A DNA stretch of 64,000 nt, taken from IMG/VR virus record IMGVR_UViG_3300042343_000347; one strand, 5' to 3'. Shown here one piece after another: positions 22,060 through 32,417 of the stretch (position 1 is the first letter of the stretch; each line of letters opens with the position of its first letter). The position numbers and the translations under genes are program-made. The notes beneath the pieces are model-generated. The model ran no database searches. It saw nothing but the letters and a program-made list of their open reading frames with translations, and had not been told where the DNA came from. This stretch comes from a virus.

Positions 22060-23187
22060 TTAAAATGCCTTCAAAATAATCATATCAGCATTAAAGCGAC
22101 CATTGGGTGTAATACTTACAGCCTTGATATCTTTAAAATACTTACGTGCCGCTGGCTTGCTACCCATGATCTCTTTGATCTGAGTTTCAGGCTTACGCAA
22201 CGTCTTAATTTCGCTCTGCTTGGTACAGAAGCCAAGAACGCTATTGCCTTTAACCGTAAGACTCTTTGCGTAATCATCAGCAACATAGTGATGCAGTTTA
22301 CGCTTCTTGGTGTCATAGACCCAAGCCTCAGCACAACCATGCAACTTAGTAGGTGGTACGCTTACCAATTCAAGTTTATCAAGTTTGAACGTCTTGAGAT
22401 ACTTGAGGCTACGAACGATCTTCTCGACTGAGACGGGCTTCTTAGCACGTGGCTTGCGACCAGTCTTCTTAATATTGATATAACTATTGAGTTCGCCAAT
22501 CACTGATTCAATCGTACCAATGATGTTACGAATCTGAATCTTACCGAATCGTGCATAGGCTTCGTTCAACTGTTCATCTTTGCCTGCCTGCAATTCAGTA
22601 TACTCATTCAACTTCTTAGTCCAAGCATCAATCAAGATATGAATGTGCTGTGGAAGAATATTGTACTGAGACAACACGCTTATGGTATTGATATTATTTT
22701 CTTTCTTACATCCATCTTGAATGTATTCATCCCAGAGGCCTTCAAGTTCTCCACCTGCTTCATGCGTTTTCTCACGCATGATTTCTTGTACATTGGGACG
22801 ATTAGTAACCGGCTTCTCAGCAGTCTGCGCAACCTCAATAGTACGGATCATACGTTCGATCTCATCATCAAGCCGCTGTGTGTGTTCTTCAGATTCATAA
22901 CCGCGCATAAAACACCTAGCAAGATAACCATTGCTAGTGACAACTTTATTGTCTGGAACACGGCGAATCAGTTTTGCTTTTTCGGACTTGCCCTTGAATT
23001 CAAGATATTGGGCAATAAATTCTCGGGCATCTTTCTTATCGTAAAAATGCCCATACCAAGTTAGTGCATTACCTAGACTCCACTTAGTAGATTCATCTTG
23101 TTTAAAAAAGGGTTCGGGACCGAAATACTTCGTATCAGCATCCCTAGGGTGCAGTTCTTTAATTTCATGCGTTTTGGTGCGAGCCAT
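22060..23187 (-). CDS. Hypothetical early protein
   Basis: 375-aa ORF with SD GGAG and a sigma70 promoter. Confidence 0.75.
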   Translation of the reverse strand: MARTKTHEIKELHPRDADTKYFGPEPFFKQDESTKWSLGNALTWYGHFYDKKDAREFIAQYLEFKGKSEKAKLIRRVPDNKVVTSNGYLARCFMRGYESEEHTQRLDDEIERMIRTIEVAQTAEKPVTNRPNVQEIMREKTHEAGGELEGLWDEYIQDGCKKENNINTISVLSQYNILPQHIHILIDAWTKKLNEYTELQAGKDEQLNEAYARFGKIQIRNIIGTIESVIGELNSYINIKKTGRKPRAKKPVSVEKIVRSLKYLKTFKLDKLELVSVPPTKLHGCAEAWVYDTKKRKLHHYVADDYAKSLTVKGNSVLGFCTKQSEIKTLRKPETQIKEIMGSKPAARKYFKDIKAVSITPNGRFNADMIILKAF

Positions 23188-23220
23188 ATATGCTACTCCA
23201 GTTTATTAACACTAGCATCT

Positions 23221-23249
23221 AGTTTACTACCTTTAAATACCATTGTCAA
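23221..23249 (-). promoter_or_regulatory. Sigma70-type promoter
   Basis: TTGACA-17-TAAACT. Confidence 0.7.
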
Positions 23250-23288
23250 GTCCTATTTAAGCCATTGAATACTAGACTAAATACATGT

Positions 23289-25019
23289 ATGCCCAAATTA
23301 TCGCTATATCATCCAACCAAAACTAACGATTACAAGTTCTTCGATAAGACCATTTCGGAGCAACTGACTGTTGGCGGTACCGATCTTTATATACACAAAT
23401 ACATGGGTCCTAACGCTCAGACCCCTAGTGCAGACTATACACAACCCCAATATGTTAGTCCCGATCCTACACAGATACAGGATCTATTGTTTTTGGAAAA
23501 TCGCGATAGAGTTTACGATCCTAACATTTATAGATTGCGTGGACATTATAGCGTACAGAATCTAGACTTTGACCTCAGCCAGTTCGGATTATTCTTAAAC
23601 AACGACATCATATTCATCGCAGTTCATTATAACGACATGATCGATATCATTGGTCGCAAATTGATGGTCGGTGACGTATTAGAATTACCTCACTTGTTAG
23701 ATTACAATCCATTGAAAGAAACGATACCGGTAGCATTGAAACGTTTCTATAGCATAACAGACGCCAACTTCGCTAGCGAAGGTTTCAGTCAGACATGGTA
23801 TCCACACTTATGGCGTATTAAGTGTGAGCCATTAGTAGATAGTCAAGAATTTACACAGATATTAACAGAACCAATCAACAAAGACAATTGGTTGGGTCCT
23901 TGGGACAAAGATAAAGTATATCCTCCTGGATATGTAATCACATATGGAGATAAGAATTATATAAGTTTGATTGAGGTGCCAGCAGGCATCGCGCCACCTA
24001 ATCCAACATATTGGCAACTTGATCCTAATCAAAATCTCAAAGATATCTTGTCAACATATAATAAGAACATTGAGATTAATAACGCGCAACTTGAAGAAGC
24101 AAAACGCATATTACCCAAAACAGGTTACAACAACAAAGACCTGTATGTTGTTCCTACATACGGTATCTATGAGACTAATAACACATTATCAGGTAAACTA
24201 AATCAGCCCGCACCACCTATCAATGTAGTCACTTACAGCGGCGGCGCACCAAGCACAGGGTCATTTGGTACTGTAGTTTTCATGCGCAATCCTAAATTCA
24301 AGAATCCTAGCGCAGGAATCAAAGTAAGCAAAGAATTATTAAAGAGCATATGGGATATGACTGCGGATATGTCTATCACTAAGATGGATGTCCACGTGCA
24401 GGCAAACATAGAAGTGACTGAGACTGCTCCAATGCAATTACGTGAGGGTAGCGGATCAGGTGCGTTAGAAGGTAATAAGGTATTATCAGTGATGTCTTTA
24501 GGTCCAGTCACTGGACCATACGGTACTGCTGACAACACATATGCTACTGCTGATCAGGATCCTACTCAATCAGGATTCACCGGTACAGAGCCATATGGTC
24601 CAAATACTATGGACTATCGTGCAGACTGCGATCCAGCATATCAATATATCAGTCGCGCAAGCCCAAGAAGTTTCGGCTATGAAGCAGGATATCTCACAGG
24701 AGACGGTACTGCACCTAACGGATACCCAAGTGGTGCAGGTATAGCGTTCCCGCAAAATCCTCAAGTAGGTGATTACTTCTTGCGTATCGATTACATGCCG
24801 CAGATATTATATCGTTGGGATGGAAAACTATGGGTTCGCATAAGCACTAATGTACGAACAGAAACTGGATTTACAGCAGACGATCAAGCACAAAAGTCAC
24901 AATTCATTAATAATGAAGGTGTGATATATAACAACAACCAAGAGCAAGTGATACCTTCTGCACAACCATTATCAAGTATCTTGGAATTAGCACCAGACAT
25001 TCTACCGCCCCAACCATAA
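23289..25019 (+). CDS. gp14: Extended neck protein (gp14-like) with an inserted carbohydrate-binding-like module
   Basis: LSQFGLFL..D, GDVLELP, W...CEP; start moved to ATG 23289 after TAAATA; precedes gp15. Confidence 0.7.
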   Translation: MPKLSLYHPTKTNDYKFFDKTISEQLTVGGTDLYIHKYMGPNAQTPSADYTQPQYVSPDPTQIQDLLFLENRDRVYDPNIYRLRGHYSVQNLDFDLSQFGLFLNNDIIFIAVHYNDMIDIIGRKLMVGDVLELPHLLDYNPLKETIPVALKRFYSITDANFASEGFSQTWYPHLWRIKCEPLVDSQEFTQILTEPINKDNWLGPWDKDKVYPPGYVITYGDKNYISLIEVPAGIAPPNPTYWQLDPNQNLKDILSTYNKNIEINNAQLEEAKRILPKTGYNNKDLYVVPTYGIYETNNTLSGKLNQPAPPINVVTYSGGAPSTGSFGTVVFMRNPKFKNPSAGIKVSKELLKSIWDMTADMSITKMDVHVQANIEVTETAPMQLREGSGSGALEGNKVLSVMSLGPVTGPYGTADNTYATADQDPTQSGFTGTEPYGPNTMDYRADCDPAYQYISRASPRSFGYEAGYLTGDGTAPNGYPSGAGIAFPQNPQVGDYFLRIDYMPQILYRWDGKLWVRISTNVRTETGFTADDQAQKSQFINNEGVIYNNNQEQVIPSAQPLSSILELAPDILPPQP

Positions 25020-25028
25020 GAGTAACAC

Positions 25029-26405
25029 ATGGCACAATTTTTTTACGACAATCAGATACGCAGATTCTTACTACAGTTCGCTAAAATTTTTAGTAACTGG
25101 TATGTGACCAACGGCAAAGACCCTAACGGTAATGACATATTGATACGTGTTCCTATAATGTACGGTGATCAAAGCCGACAAGTATCCACAGTGATCGCTA
25201 ATAATAGCGCAAGCAATTTGCCTAGTGCACCTATCATAACTTATTGGATATCAGGTCTAGAATATAATCAATCTTGGATGCAAAATCCTACATTTATTGA
25301 AAAAGTAAATGTCAGACAACGTGCATACAATACAGAAACTCAAAGTTATGAAACTACCCAGGGTCAAGCATTCACAGTTGAAAGATTGATGCCTGTACCT
25401 TATACACTACGTATGCAAGTTGATTTCTGGACTACGAATTATAATCAAAAATTACAATTGATCGAACAACTAGGTACGATATTCAATCCTAGTTTAGAGA
25501 TACAAAGCACTGATAATTTTGTTGACTGGACATCATTGAGTGTTGTCTATCAAGATGGTCTGACATTCAGTAGTCGCAGTATACCGCAAGGTACAGGTAA
25601 TCCCATAGATGTGTTAAGTTGGAAATTCTATATGCCTATATGGTTGAGTACTAGCAGTAAACTCAAAAAGATGGGCGTCATACACAAAATCATCGCAAGC
25701 ATATACAAAGGCAAAGCACTACAAGATATGCAAGATGAGGATTTATTATTGGGTACAAGACAAAAGATAACACCATATGGATATAAAGTATTGTTGATAG
25801 GTAATAGATTGCAATTATTACCTCAAGATGTTGCATTCTATCCGCCTAACACGGATCTAAATGACCCGACCCCTCCTAATACTAATCTGTATTGGCAGAG
25901 TTTATTGAACGTATATGGCAAAGTGAAGCCGGGCATCAGTCAAATATGGTTACAAAATCCATATATGGAGGATGACATAGTAGGTACTATAGTTCCTGAT
26001 CCAGTCGATGATCGATTATTGATCTATGATATCGATCCAGATACATTACCGCAAAATACATTAGCCCCAGTGGATGCAGTGGTTAATCCACAATTGTCGG
26101 GGCCAAATGCCGGGTTGCCCGGACCTGTTAACGGTCGTAGATACTTGATTGTAGAAGACATCGGCACCACCGGATCTAGCACAGTGGCTTGGGGTTCTTT
26201 GATAGCAGAAGCAAACGACATCATACAATATGATGCCAGTACTGGAGATTGGTTTGTGAGTTTCGATGCTAGTGCATCTACTGTCGTGGAGTATGTAACC
26301 AATCTAACTACTAATATCCAATATCGCTACGTTGACCAAGAAGGGCAATGGATGAAATCGTATGAAGGTTGGTATGACCAGGGCGATTATAGTATTGTCA
26401 TTTAA
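25029..26405 (+). CDS. gp15: Tail terminator / sheath stabiliser (gp15-like)
   Basis: FFYD.QIRR...QF..IF, VPI.YG, PVPY.L, Q.LQL.EQ....FNP. Confidence 0.85.
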   Translation: MAQFFYDNQIRRFLLQFAKIFSNWYVTNGKDPNGNDILIRVPIMYGDQSRQVSTVIANNSASNLPSAPIITYWISGLEYNQSWMQNPTFIEKVNVRQRAYNTETQSYETTQGQAFTVERLMPVPYTLRMQVDFWTTNYNQKLQLIEQLGTIFNPSLEIQSTDNFVDWTSLSVVYQDGLTFSSRSIPQGTGNPIDVLSWKFYMPIWLSTSSKLKKMGVIHKIIASIYKGKALQDMQDEDLLLGTRQKITPYGYKVLLIGNRLQLLPQDVAFYPPNTDLNDPTPPNTNLYWQSLLNVYGKVKPGISQIWLQNPYMEDDIVGTIVPDPVDDRLLIYDIDPDTLPQNTLAPVDAVVNPQLSGPNAGLPGPVNGRRYLIVEDIGTTGSSTVAWGSLIAEANDIIQYDASTGDWFVSFDASASTVVEYVTNLTTNIQYRYVDQEGQWMKSYEGWYDQGDYSIVI

Positions 26406-26423
26406 TATTGTTTTTGCTATAAT
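26395..26423 (+). promoter_or_regulatory. Sigma70 promoter with extended -10
   Basis: TTGTCA-17-TATAAT preceded by TGn; ATG 6 nt downstream. Confidence 0.7.
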
Positions 26424-26429
26424 GTCTTA

Positions 26430-26846
26430 ATGAAAAATACTTCGGCTGGCATATTCTTTTATTGTACTACAACGGGCAGATTTCTATATCTGATGCGTAG
26501 TGATGCCAATTTTGCTTGGGGTGTGCCGGGCGGTAAAATTGAACAGGGTGAGACGTTGCTAGAAGGGCTAGAACGCGAGTGTATGGAAGAAGTAAATTTC
26601 TGGCCTACTGATCCAAAATTAGTACCCATACAAAAGTTCGTTAATAATAGTTTCACCTACCATACGTTCTTTTGTGCAGTCGATGAAGAATTTGTTCCCT
26701 ATCTCAACGATGAGCATGTGGGTTATGCTTGGATAGGGGCTGATCAACATCCTAAACCAATGCATCCTGGGTTATTCAGTACTATCAATATTGATATAGT
26801 AAAAGAGAAACTGAAGAGCCTTACTGAAAATAAAAACGGGGCCTAA
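26430..26846 (+). CDS. Nudix hydrolase
   Basis: Nudix box GGKIEQGETLLEGLERECMEEV. Confidence 0.9.
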   Translation: MKNTSAGIFFYCTTTGRFLYLMRSDANFAWGVPGGKIEQGETLLEGLERECMEEVNFWPTDPKLVPIQKFVNNSFTYHTFFCAVDEEFVPYLNDEHVGYAWIGADQHPKPMHPGLFSTINIDIVKEKLKSLTENKNGA

Positions 26847-26857
26847 GCCCCGTTTTT
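26832..26857. terminator. Bidirectional terminator
   Basis: AAAAACGGGGC-CTAA-GCCCCGTTTTT between convergent genes. Confidence 0.9.
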
Positions 26858-26873
26858 ACTAAGTCTGTTCGAC

Positions 26874-27185
26874 TTATTTCAAGAACATCTTAAATGCTTC
26901 AACGCCCGTAGCGCCTAGAACTGCCGCCGCTCCCATTAGCATCCATTTGATTTTTTCCATGTTGCCAAGTTTTTCGGCGAGTTCATCATGAGATTTTTTA
27001 TTAGCCTCTTGAAATTCTTTGAGGATAACTTTAGTCTCATCCATGTTCCTATCTAAACAGTCATGCAGGTCTTTAACTTCGACTTTTAATTCATCAACTT
27101 TCTCATCAATAACATTGATGCGAACTTGAAGAACTGCGATCTCTGTCTCGGCCTGTTCTACTCGTTTTGCGGCATTTGTAGACAT
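26874..27185 (-). CDS. Coiled-coil protein with a C-terminal membrane anchor
   Basis: Heptad-rich N-terminus followed by KWMLMGAAAVLGA. Confidence 0.65.
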   Translation of the reverse strand: MSTNAAKRVEQAETEIAVLQVRINVIDEKVDELKVEVKDLHDCLDRNMDETKVILKEFQEANKKSHDELAEKLGNMEKIKWMLMGAAAVLGATGVEAFKMFLK

Positions 27186-27197
27186 AGTATGTTCCTA

Positions 27198-28313
27198 TTA
27201 AGCGTTGCTTATAGTTACTACAGGTGGTAGAGATGCCAAAGCGTTCGCTGCGATAGCAGAGTTGAACGATGCAATCACATCAGGATTTACAGTTGCTAGC
27301 ACTGCTGTGCCTGTACCTGAACCTGCTCCGGTTGCAGTGAATGTAACACCAGTCATATTAGAGAAAGCACCAACTGATGTCCAGTTTGTGGTTCCTGTTT
27401 TATAAATGGTATATACTGTGCCTGCTACCAATGATGCTGCTGCAACCTGTGCAGGGAACACTTCACTGTTATAGTCATTTAATGATGATACAAACTTAGT
27501 GCTTGCATCACTATAAGTTGCTAAGATATTGAAAGTGTTTGGAGTCAAGGCTGCGTTGGCTACGTTTGCTGTATAGCAAGCCGCAGTCAATCCGCTAGTT
27601 GTTCCTGTAACAAGATACTTTGTCTTACCTTTCTGACGAACAATAAAACCTGCCTCGTTCAATGCGAACACGAATGCACCATCATAATCTTCGTTGCTAT
27701 TTGCAAGTAGATCAAGAGTAGTGTCATCAGTGATTGTATCAACGAAACCTAATACATTTCCTTCTGCATCAGTGATGCACTCACCACCTGATAATTCAGT
27801 AGTGAATAAAGTGCCAGTACCGGTGACAGTAGTGCTTGCTGTGCTTGCACTAATTGTACCTGTACCTGATACACCGATAGCCGCGCGGATTAATGTTTGT
27901 GAACCATAGATTGCTGTGTTACCACCAACGACGCCATATGTATTAGCGTTAGTTGCTGGATAACCTGCACCACCTAGTGGATTATTGAAATAAGCATCAA
28001 CAACACCAACTGATGCCGCTACAGTGACAGGACCTGCTGTACCTAAGTTGAACTTAGTGTATGTTGGGTTTGCTGATAACTGTGTTGCTGAAACAGTGAA
28101 TGTGCTGTTTGCGCCGGCGTTCAATACTTGTAATATCCAGTATGTTGTGCCTGCTACTAGGTTACCAACGTTACTTGCTGGAATGAATGGCATACCAGCG
28201 ATGATACCTAGATTAGTAAAATTTGCGTTTGTAGTTACAACTTCTGTTGTGCCGTTAGTTGCTGTGATAGTAATAACGGCTTGCGCTTTCGCGATTTTAA
28301 GTGGACGACCCAT
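27198..28313 (-). CDS. Virion structural protein
   Basis: Start MGRPLK at 28313 with SD AGGAG; Thr/Ala/Gly-rich beta modules. Confidence 0.75.
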   Translation of the reverse strand: MGRPLKIAKAQAVITITATNGTTEVVTTNANFTNLGIIAGMPFIPASNVGNLVAGTTYWILQVLNAGANSTFTVSATQLSANPTYTKFNLGTAGPVTVAASVGVVDAYFNNPLGGAGYPATNANTYGVVGGNTAIYGSQTLIRAAIGVSGTGTISASTASTTVTGTGTLFTTELSGGECITDAEGNVLGFVDTITDDTTLDLLANSNEDYDGAFVFALNEAGFIVRQKGKTKYLVTGTTSGLTAACYTANVANAALTPNTFNILATYSDASTKFVSSLNDYNSEVFPAQVAAASLVAGTVYTIYKTGTTNWTSVGAFSNMTGVTFTATGAGSGTGTAVLATVNPDVIASFNSAIAANALASLPPVVTISNA

Positions 28314-28394
28314 TGTTTTATCTCCTATAATGCCGGGTTCTAGCCGGTACGCGGCGGGGTACCGCATAAACTCTCACCATGAGAGTATATGATT
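28314..28394 (-). promoter_or_regulatory. GC-rich structured 5' leader, candidate cis-regulatory RNA
   Basis: Several overlapping inverted repeats between a late box and the SD. Confidence 0.55.
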
Positions 28395-28428
28395 TATTTA
28401 TCAAAAAAGTCTTATTTTTTACGCTGAA

Positions 28429-28701
28429 TTATTCGCCGATTGGCATGCCGAGTTCTGTGATAGAGAATATGCCAGTACCACTCACGCTAATATATGCTAT
28501 GTAATTGCCTTCACCAACAATAAAACTATTGTTGACTGTATTTGCAGGAATAATTTCACAGGCAGTAAGATTTGCTGTTACTGAACTGTTTCCCACTGCT
28601 ACAGCGATTGCACTGCTTGTTGTGGAGATACGGACCTTCTCAGTAGTTGCTACTGATGTAAGTTGACTTGATCCGCTTGGTGTATAAATTGCCGCTGCCA
28701 T
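28429..28701 (-). CDS. Small late (virion) protein
   Basis: Own TAAATA box and SD; beta-rich. Confidence 0.65.
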   Translation of the reverse strand: MAAAIYTPSGSSQLTSVATTEKVRISTTSSAIAVAVGNSSVTANLTACEIIPANTVNNSFIVGEGNYIAYISVSGTGIFSITELGMPIGE

Positions 28702-28727
28702 ATATTATTCCTGATAAAGTATTTATC

Positions 28728-30959
28728 TTATAATCGTCCTACCATGACTTCGACATAACCTTCGTCTTCATCAACTTTGTTTTCAATCGCTTTACCGATA
28801 ACAGTTCCTATCTGCGGTGATTTAGATGATTTAGCATAGCCGTCACCTGCACTTACAAGCATATCGCCCTTGCTCACCAAACCAACAACTTTTACTTTCA
28901 CTCTACCCATCATCGCTACCATGACAGGATTCTGTGCTTGTATAGCACCATTCATGACATATGCCGGCTCTGCTGAAACAACACCTGCTATTTTACTCGT
29001 TTCCAATGATGCGGCAGTAACTTCTTCATCACCACCAAACTCTAATACTGTACCAGGTAAATATGGTTTGTCTGCCGAATAGAATTCAGCCAAGTCTGCA
29101 TATGTTGCTGTTAATCTTGAGCCGGAACTTAAAGTCCAATTACCCGTGATTGTTCCTGAAGTGGCTGCTGCACCAGTAGTGATCACAGTGGTATTTAGGT
29201 TCTGAACACTTACTGTATTTGATGTTTTGTCGAACGTGAAGGCTGTAGTTCCATTCAACACACCACCATCATTAAATTGAACAGATGTATCTACTCCACC
29301 GGCGGGATATTCATAGCCGCCGCTACCTATCACAGCGACCTTACCTGTAACAGCAGTAGGGAATGTTAACGTTAATTGATTCTGTGTATTATAGTAAATT
29401 TCTGGATAATCATATCTTCCTACATAACTGACGTTAGTGGCATCGACTGGGGTGACGCTTAAATATCTTGTATTTAAATTATGATTGACTGTCCATGTTG
29501 TGCTAGCAACTGTTTGATCATGTAAGTAATATCCAGCCATTGAATTACTACCTACAATTGATACGTTACCTGCTACTGCTGTGCTCCAAGTCAATGTTAA
29601 TGTGTCTGCACCAGTATAATTAACTGTTGGATAATTATATTCACCTATGACAGATACATTGCCTGTATCTGCCGGTGTTACTGCTACATATCTCGTATCA
29701 AGATTGTGTGTGACGTTCCAAGTTGTGCTTGGTGCGGCTTGTGTATGCAAATAATAAGTTTCTGTATTCGCACTGTCACCTTCTACTACGACATATCCTG
29801 ATTCAGCAGAATTGAATGTCAATGAAACTGCGTTGGCATTAACGAATGTTACTCTTGGATAATCATATCTACCTGTCCATGAGTATCCGGCGCCATTGAT
29901 TGGTGTGACATCTACAAATTGTGTGTTAAGATTGTGTATTACTGTCCATGTAACGCTGGCAGTATCTTGTCTATGGAAATAATATCCTACTGGATCTTCT
30001 CTTAAGTTACCCCAGTATAATTCACCATTACCATCTGTTTTCAAGAATTGATATTGTTCACCGCCGGTGATAGTAACGTTTGATATTTCACCTAAATTTG
30101 TAGTACCTGTAACTACTAGATTACCGGGTGTAGGGGTTACGGCGTTACCTACACGCAATGTATTATTTAAATAATTCCATGTCAGTACTGTATCGCCAGC
30201 AAAATCATATCCGTTGTTATACTGTATGCTTGTGTTGCCGCCTGCAACTAAACCGCCGTTAGCGGTAGTAGTATTGAATATAGCGATACCGTTGCCTGGA
30301 TAAGTTCCAAAACCTGTAGTGCTGATAGCATTGGTCAATCCTGCGTCTGAGTAGATATCGTATAATTGTAAATTGCCCGGTACTGATTTCAACCAAAACA
30401 CATTACCGTTAAATGTGCTTGCATATTGTGTATTGGCGCCTGATCCAGGTAATATTGATTGAACAGTTATTTCAACACCAGAACTCAAAGGATACGGTTC
30501 TGTCAATGTCATTCTGGATGCTGGTGCTGCTGATATATTTTGTATGTCTAGTACTATTAGACCTTTTGGGGTCCAACTCAATCCACCATCGCTGTCAGTA
30601 GTGAGTACATAACCGATCTCACCACCTGATATAGAAACGTCAGTGACATTTCCTAGATTGATTAGTCCACCTGCGCCGCCGCCTTTGTTAACCCAATTGT
30701 TCCCATCATATGATAACACTTGGCCATTAGCCAATGTGGTACCATTAATGTTCAGGTTACCTACAGCGCCGTCTATTTGATCGAATGCGATCTCGCTAAA
30801 TGCAGTGAGAACCTCAATATTCTGAGTTTCCCCTAAGGTTTTACCTATAAACAGTTTTTTTACGTCGGAGGCGAAGCCTAGTTCTGCTTCATCAAGTTGA
30901 GGTAGATCGACTAAATCGCCGCTACGTTGCTGTATTTTAGAAATCTGTAATATAGACAT
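28728..30959 (-). CDS. Tail fibre with a C-terminal intramolecular chaperone (peptidase G2-like)
   Basis: N-terminal IQQRSG...LPQL..AELGF; C-terminal ADLAE.Y...PGTV, GVVS..PAY.MN, GRV.VKV, IGKA; three HTQ/YDYP modules. Confidence 0.8.
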   Translation of the reverse strand: MSILQISKIQQRSGDLVDLPQLDEAELGFASDVKKLFIGKTLGETQNIEVLTAFSEIAFDQIDGAVGNLNINGTTLANGQVLSYDGNNWVNKGGGAGGLINLGNVTDVSISGGEIGYVLTTDSDGGLSWTPKGLIVLDIQNISAAPASRMTLTEPYPLSSGVEITVQSILPGSGANTQYASTFNGNVFWLKSVPGNLQLYDIYSDAGLTNAISTTGFGTYPGNGIAIFNTTTANGGLVAGGNTSIQYNNGYDFAGDTVLTWNYLNNTLRVGNAVTPTPGNLVVTGTTNLGEISNVTITGGEQYQFLKTDGNGELYWGNLREDPVGYYFHRQDTASVTWTVIHNLNTQFVDVTPINGAGYSWTGRYDYPRVTFVNANAVSLTFNSAESGYVVVEGDSANTETYYLHTQAAPSTTWNVTHNLDTRYVAVTPADTGNVSVIGEYNYPTVNYTGADTLTLTWSTAVAGNVSIVGSNSMAGYYLHDQTVASTTWTVNHNLNTRYLSVTPVDATNVSYVGRYDYPEIYYNTQNQLTLTFPTAVTGKVAVIGSGGYEYPAGGVDTSVQFNDGGVLNGTTAFTFDKTSNTVSVQNLNTTVITTGAAATSGTITGNWTLSSGSRLTATYADLAEFYSADKPYLPGTVLEFGGDEEVTAASLETSKIAGVVSAEPAYVMNGAIQAQNPVMVAMMGRVKVKVVGLVSKGDMLVSAGDGYAKSSKSPQIGTVIGKAIENKVDEDEGYVEVMVGRL

Positions 30960-31002
30960 AGTTGTACATTCACCAAGTAGTACAACTATTTATGCTTTTA
31001 CA

Positions 31003-31692
31003 TTACAGGAACTGTGTGTAATATTGATCTAAACGGGTGTACCAGAGGTCTGTATACTTATCAAATTCAGACCCTTCTACAATGAATTCTTGATATTGAT
31101 TATCCGCAGAACACATGAAAACGACACCCTTGCGTATTTTAGTACCCCATACTTCATTATGTGCTAATGCATATGCGGCTAATTGAAGGAAGTAATCATC
31201 GATCCATTCACGCTTTTTAGGCTTGTTTGTTTGTTTATGGTCCATGATCGTTTCACTATTACCATGAACTCCTACGAGGTCTGTAGTTCCTGCATAAATC
31301 TCGGGGAAGTAAAGACTAACTTCCGTACCCCAGAATTCCTGACAATTGATCAGTCCCTTTTCAATGATGGTCTTGGCCATCTGATGGCTCTGTATGCTAT
31401 AGGGATTAGTTCCCGGTTGTCCTGTATCACCTGTCTTTACATGATTCTCAAGCCACTTGTGCATACGTGTTCCGCGACCCGCAGCCTCAGTGGTTATCTG
31501 TTTAGCCTTCTCTTCACCTACACGTTTGCGCCATTCACGCAACGCTTGCTTCTTTTCTTCAGGCTTTGTCGCATCAAGTATAGTAGTGACGCTAGGGACC
31601 GCGTGTCCGTCAGGGGTCATATATTTTCGTGAGCCATTAATAGTCTCGCGCTTCAATTCTTTATAGGGGTATTTGTCGGGGATATAAATCAT
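31003..31692 (-). CDS. PD-(D/E)xK exonuclease
   Basis: PSVTTIL, RGT.MH..LE, YAGTTD, D.KQT, QL.AY. Confidence 0.85.
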   Translation of the reverse strand: MIYIPDKYPYKELKRETINGSRKYMTPDGHAVPSVTTILDATKPEEKKQALREWRKRVGEEKAKQITTEAAGRGTRMHKWLENHVKTGDTGQPGTNPYSIQSHQMAKTIIEKGLINCQEFWGTEVSLYFPEIYAGTTDLVGVHGNSETIMDHKQTNKPKKREWIDDYFLQLAAYALAHNEVWGTKIRKGVVFMCSADNQYQEFIVEGSEFDKYTDLWYTRLDQYYTQFL

Positions 31693-32417
31693 AATCTAAC
31701 TTTGGGTTCAAATGCATTTACGTATGTTTCTTTATTCAAGTAATTTTTACTGGGTGCAATTTCTATATTTTTATAGTTCTCATAAATTTTTGTGTAAAGA
31801 TGATGAGCAACTGCTGTATGTCCTTCACGTTCCCAATGACCGCAAGGGGTCAGTGGTGACCCTTCAGTAATGTGTGCTAGATCACCTATATCGTTCTTAT
31901 CACCACACAATATAGAAAAATGATTAGGTGCTTGTTTGCTCATTTTCTCGTACATTGAATCTTTTTCGGTACCGTTCAATGTTTCTATAGCAAGACTAAA
32001 CATGTAGGGTACGTCATGCAACTGAAATAGATTTCTCAATGCGCTTTTATATAACATGGTTCGTTTATAAAAGTAGTCCATATTATAATTCAACACATAG
32101 TCTACACTACCGGGATCTTTTTGAAATGTGTCATATGTCCCGTACTCTTTTTTACCCTCAAACCATCTTTCTTTTCTAGTGATAGCAGAAAACATGATGA
32201 CATATAAAGGATGATTATTGTTATGAATGTCTTCGTAGAAATATTCATAAGTTCTACGTAATATCGTGTCATTTGCAGAACCACCTTTACCTATGTTAAC
32301 AACGTCTACTCCTAAACGTTGCGCTAGTCTATGTGGCCAGGATTCTTCTTTATTTGCTAGACCGTTGCCTTCAGTGAAACTACACCCATTAGTGACGATG
32401 TGGGATATCCTTGTCAT
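31689..32417 (-). CDS. SGNH/GDSL-like hydrolase
   Basis: NGCSFTEG, N.G.GG.AN, C-terminal GHW...GH; probable start MTRISH. Confidence 0.65.
   Translation of the reverse strand: MTRISHIVTNGCSFTEGNGLANKEESWPHRLAQRLGVDVVNIGKGGSANDTILRRTYEYFYEDIHNNNHPLYVIMFSAITRKERWFEGKKEYGTYDTFQKDPGSVDYVLNYNMDYFYKRTMLYKSALRNLFQLHDVPYMFSLAIETLNGTEKDSMYEKMSKQAPNHFSILCGDKNDIGDLAHITEGSPLTPCGHWEREGHTAVAHHLYTKIYENYKNIEIAPSKNYLNKETYVNAFEPKVRL

Noticed and set aside
28314-28367. N-terminal extension MRYPAAYRLEPG
   Set aside because: Strong SD precedes ATG 28313; region is better explained as a structured leader
31003-31692. Cas4-like call
   Set aside because: Lacks the Fe-S cysteine set and CRISPR context; ordinary phage exonuclease
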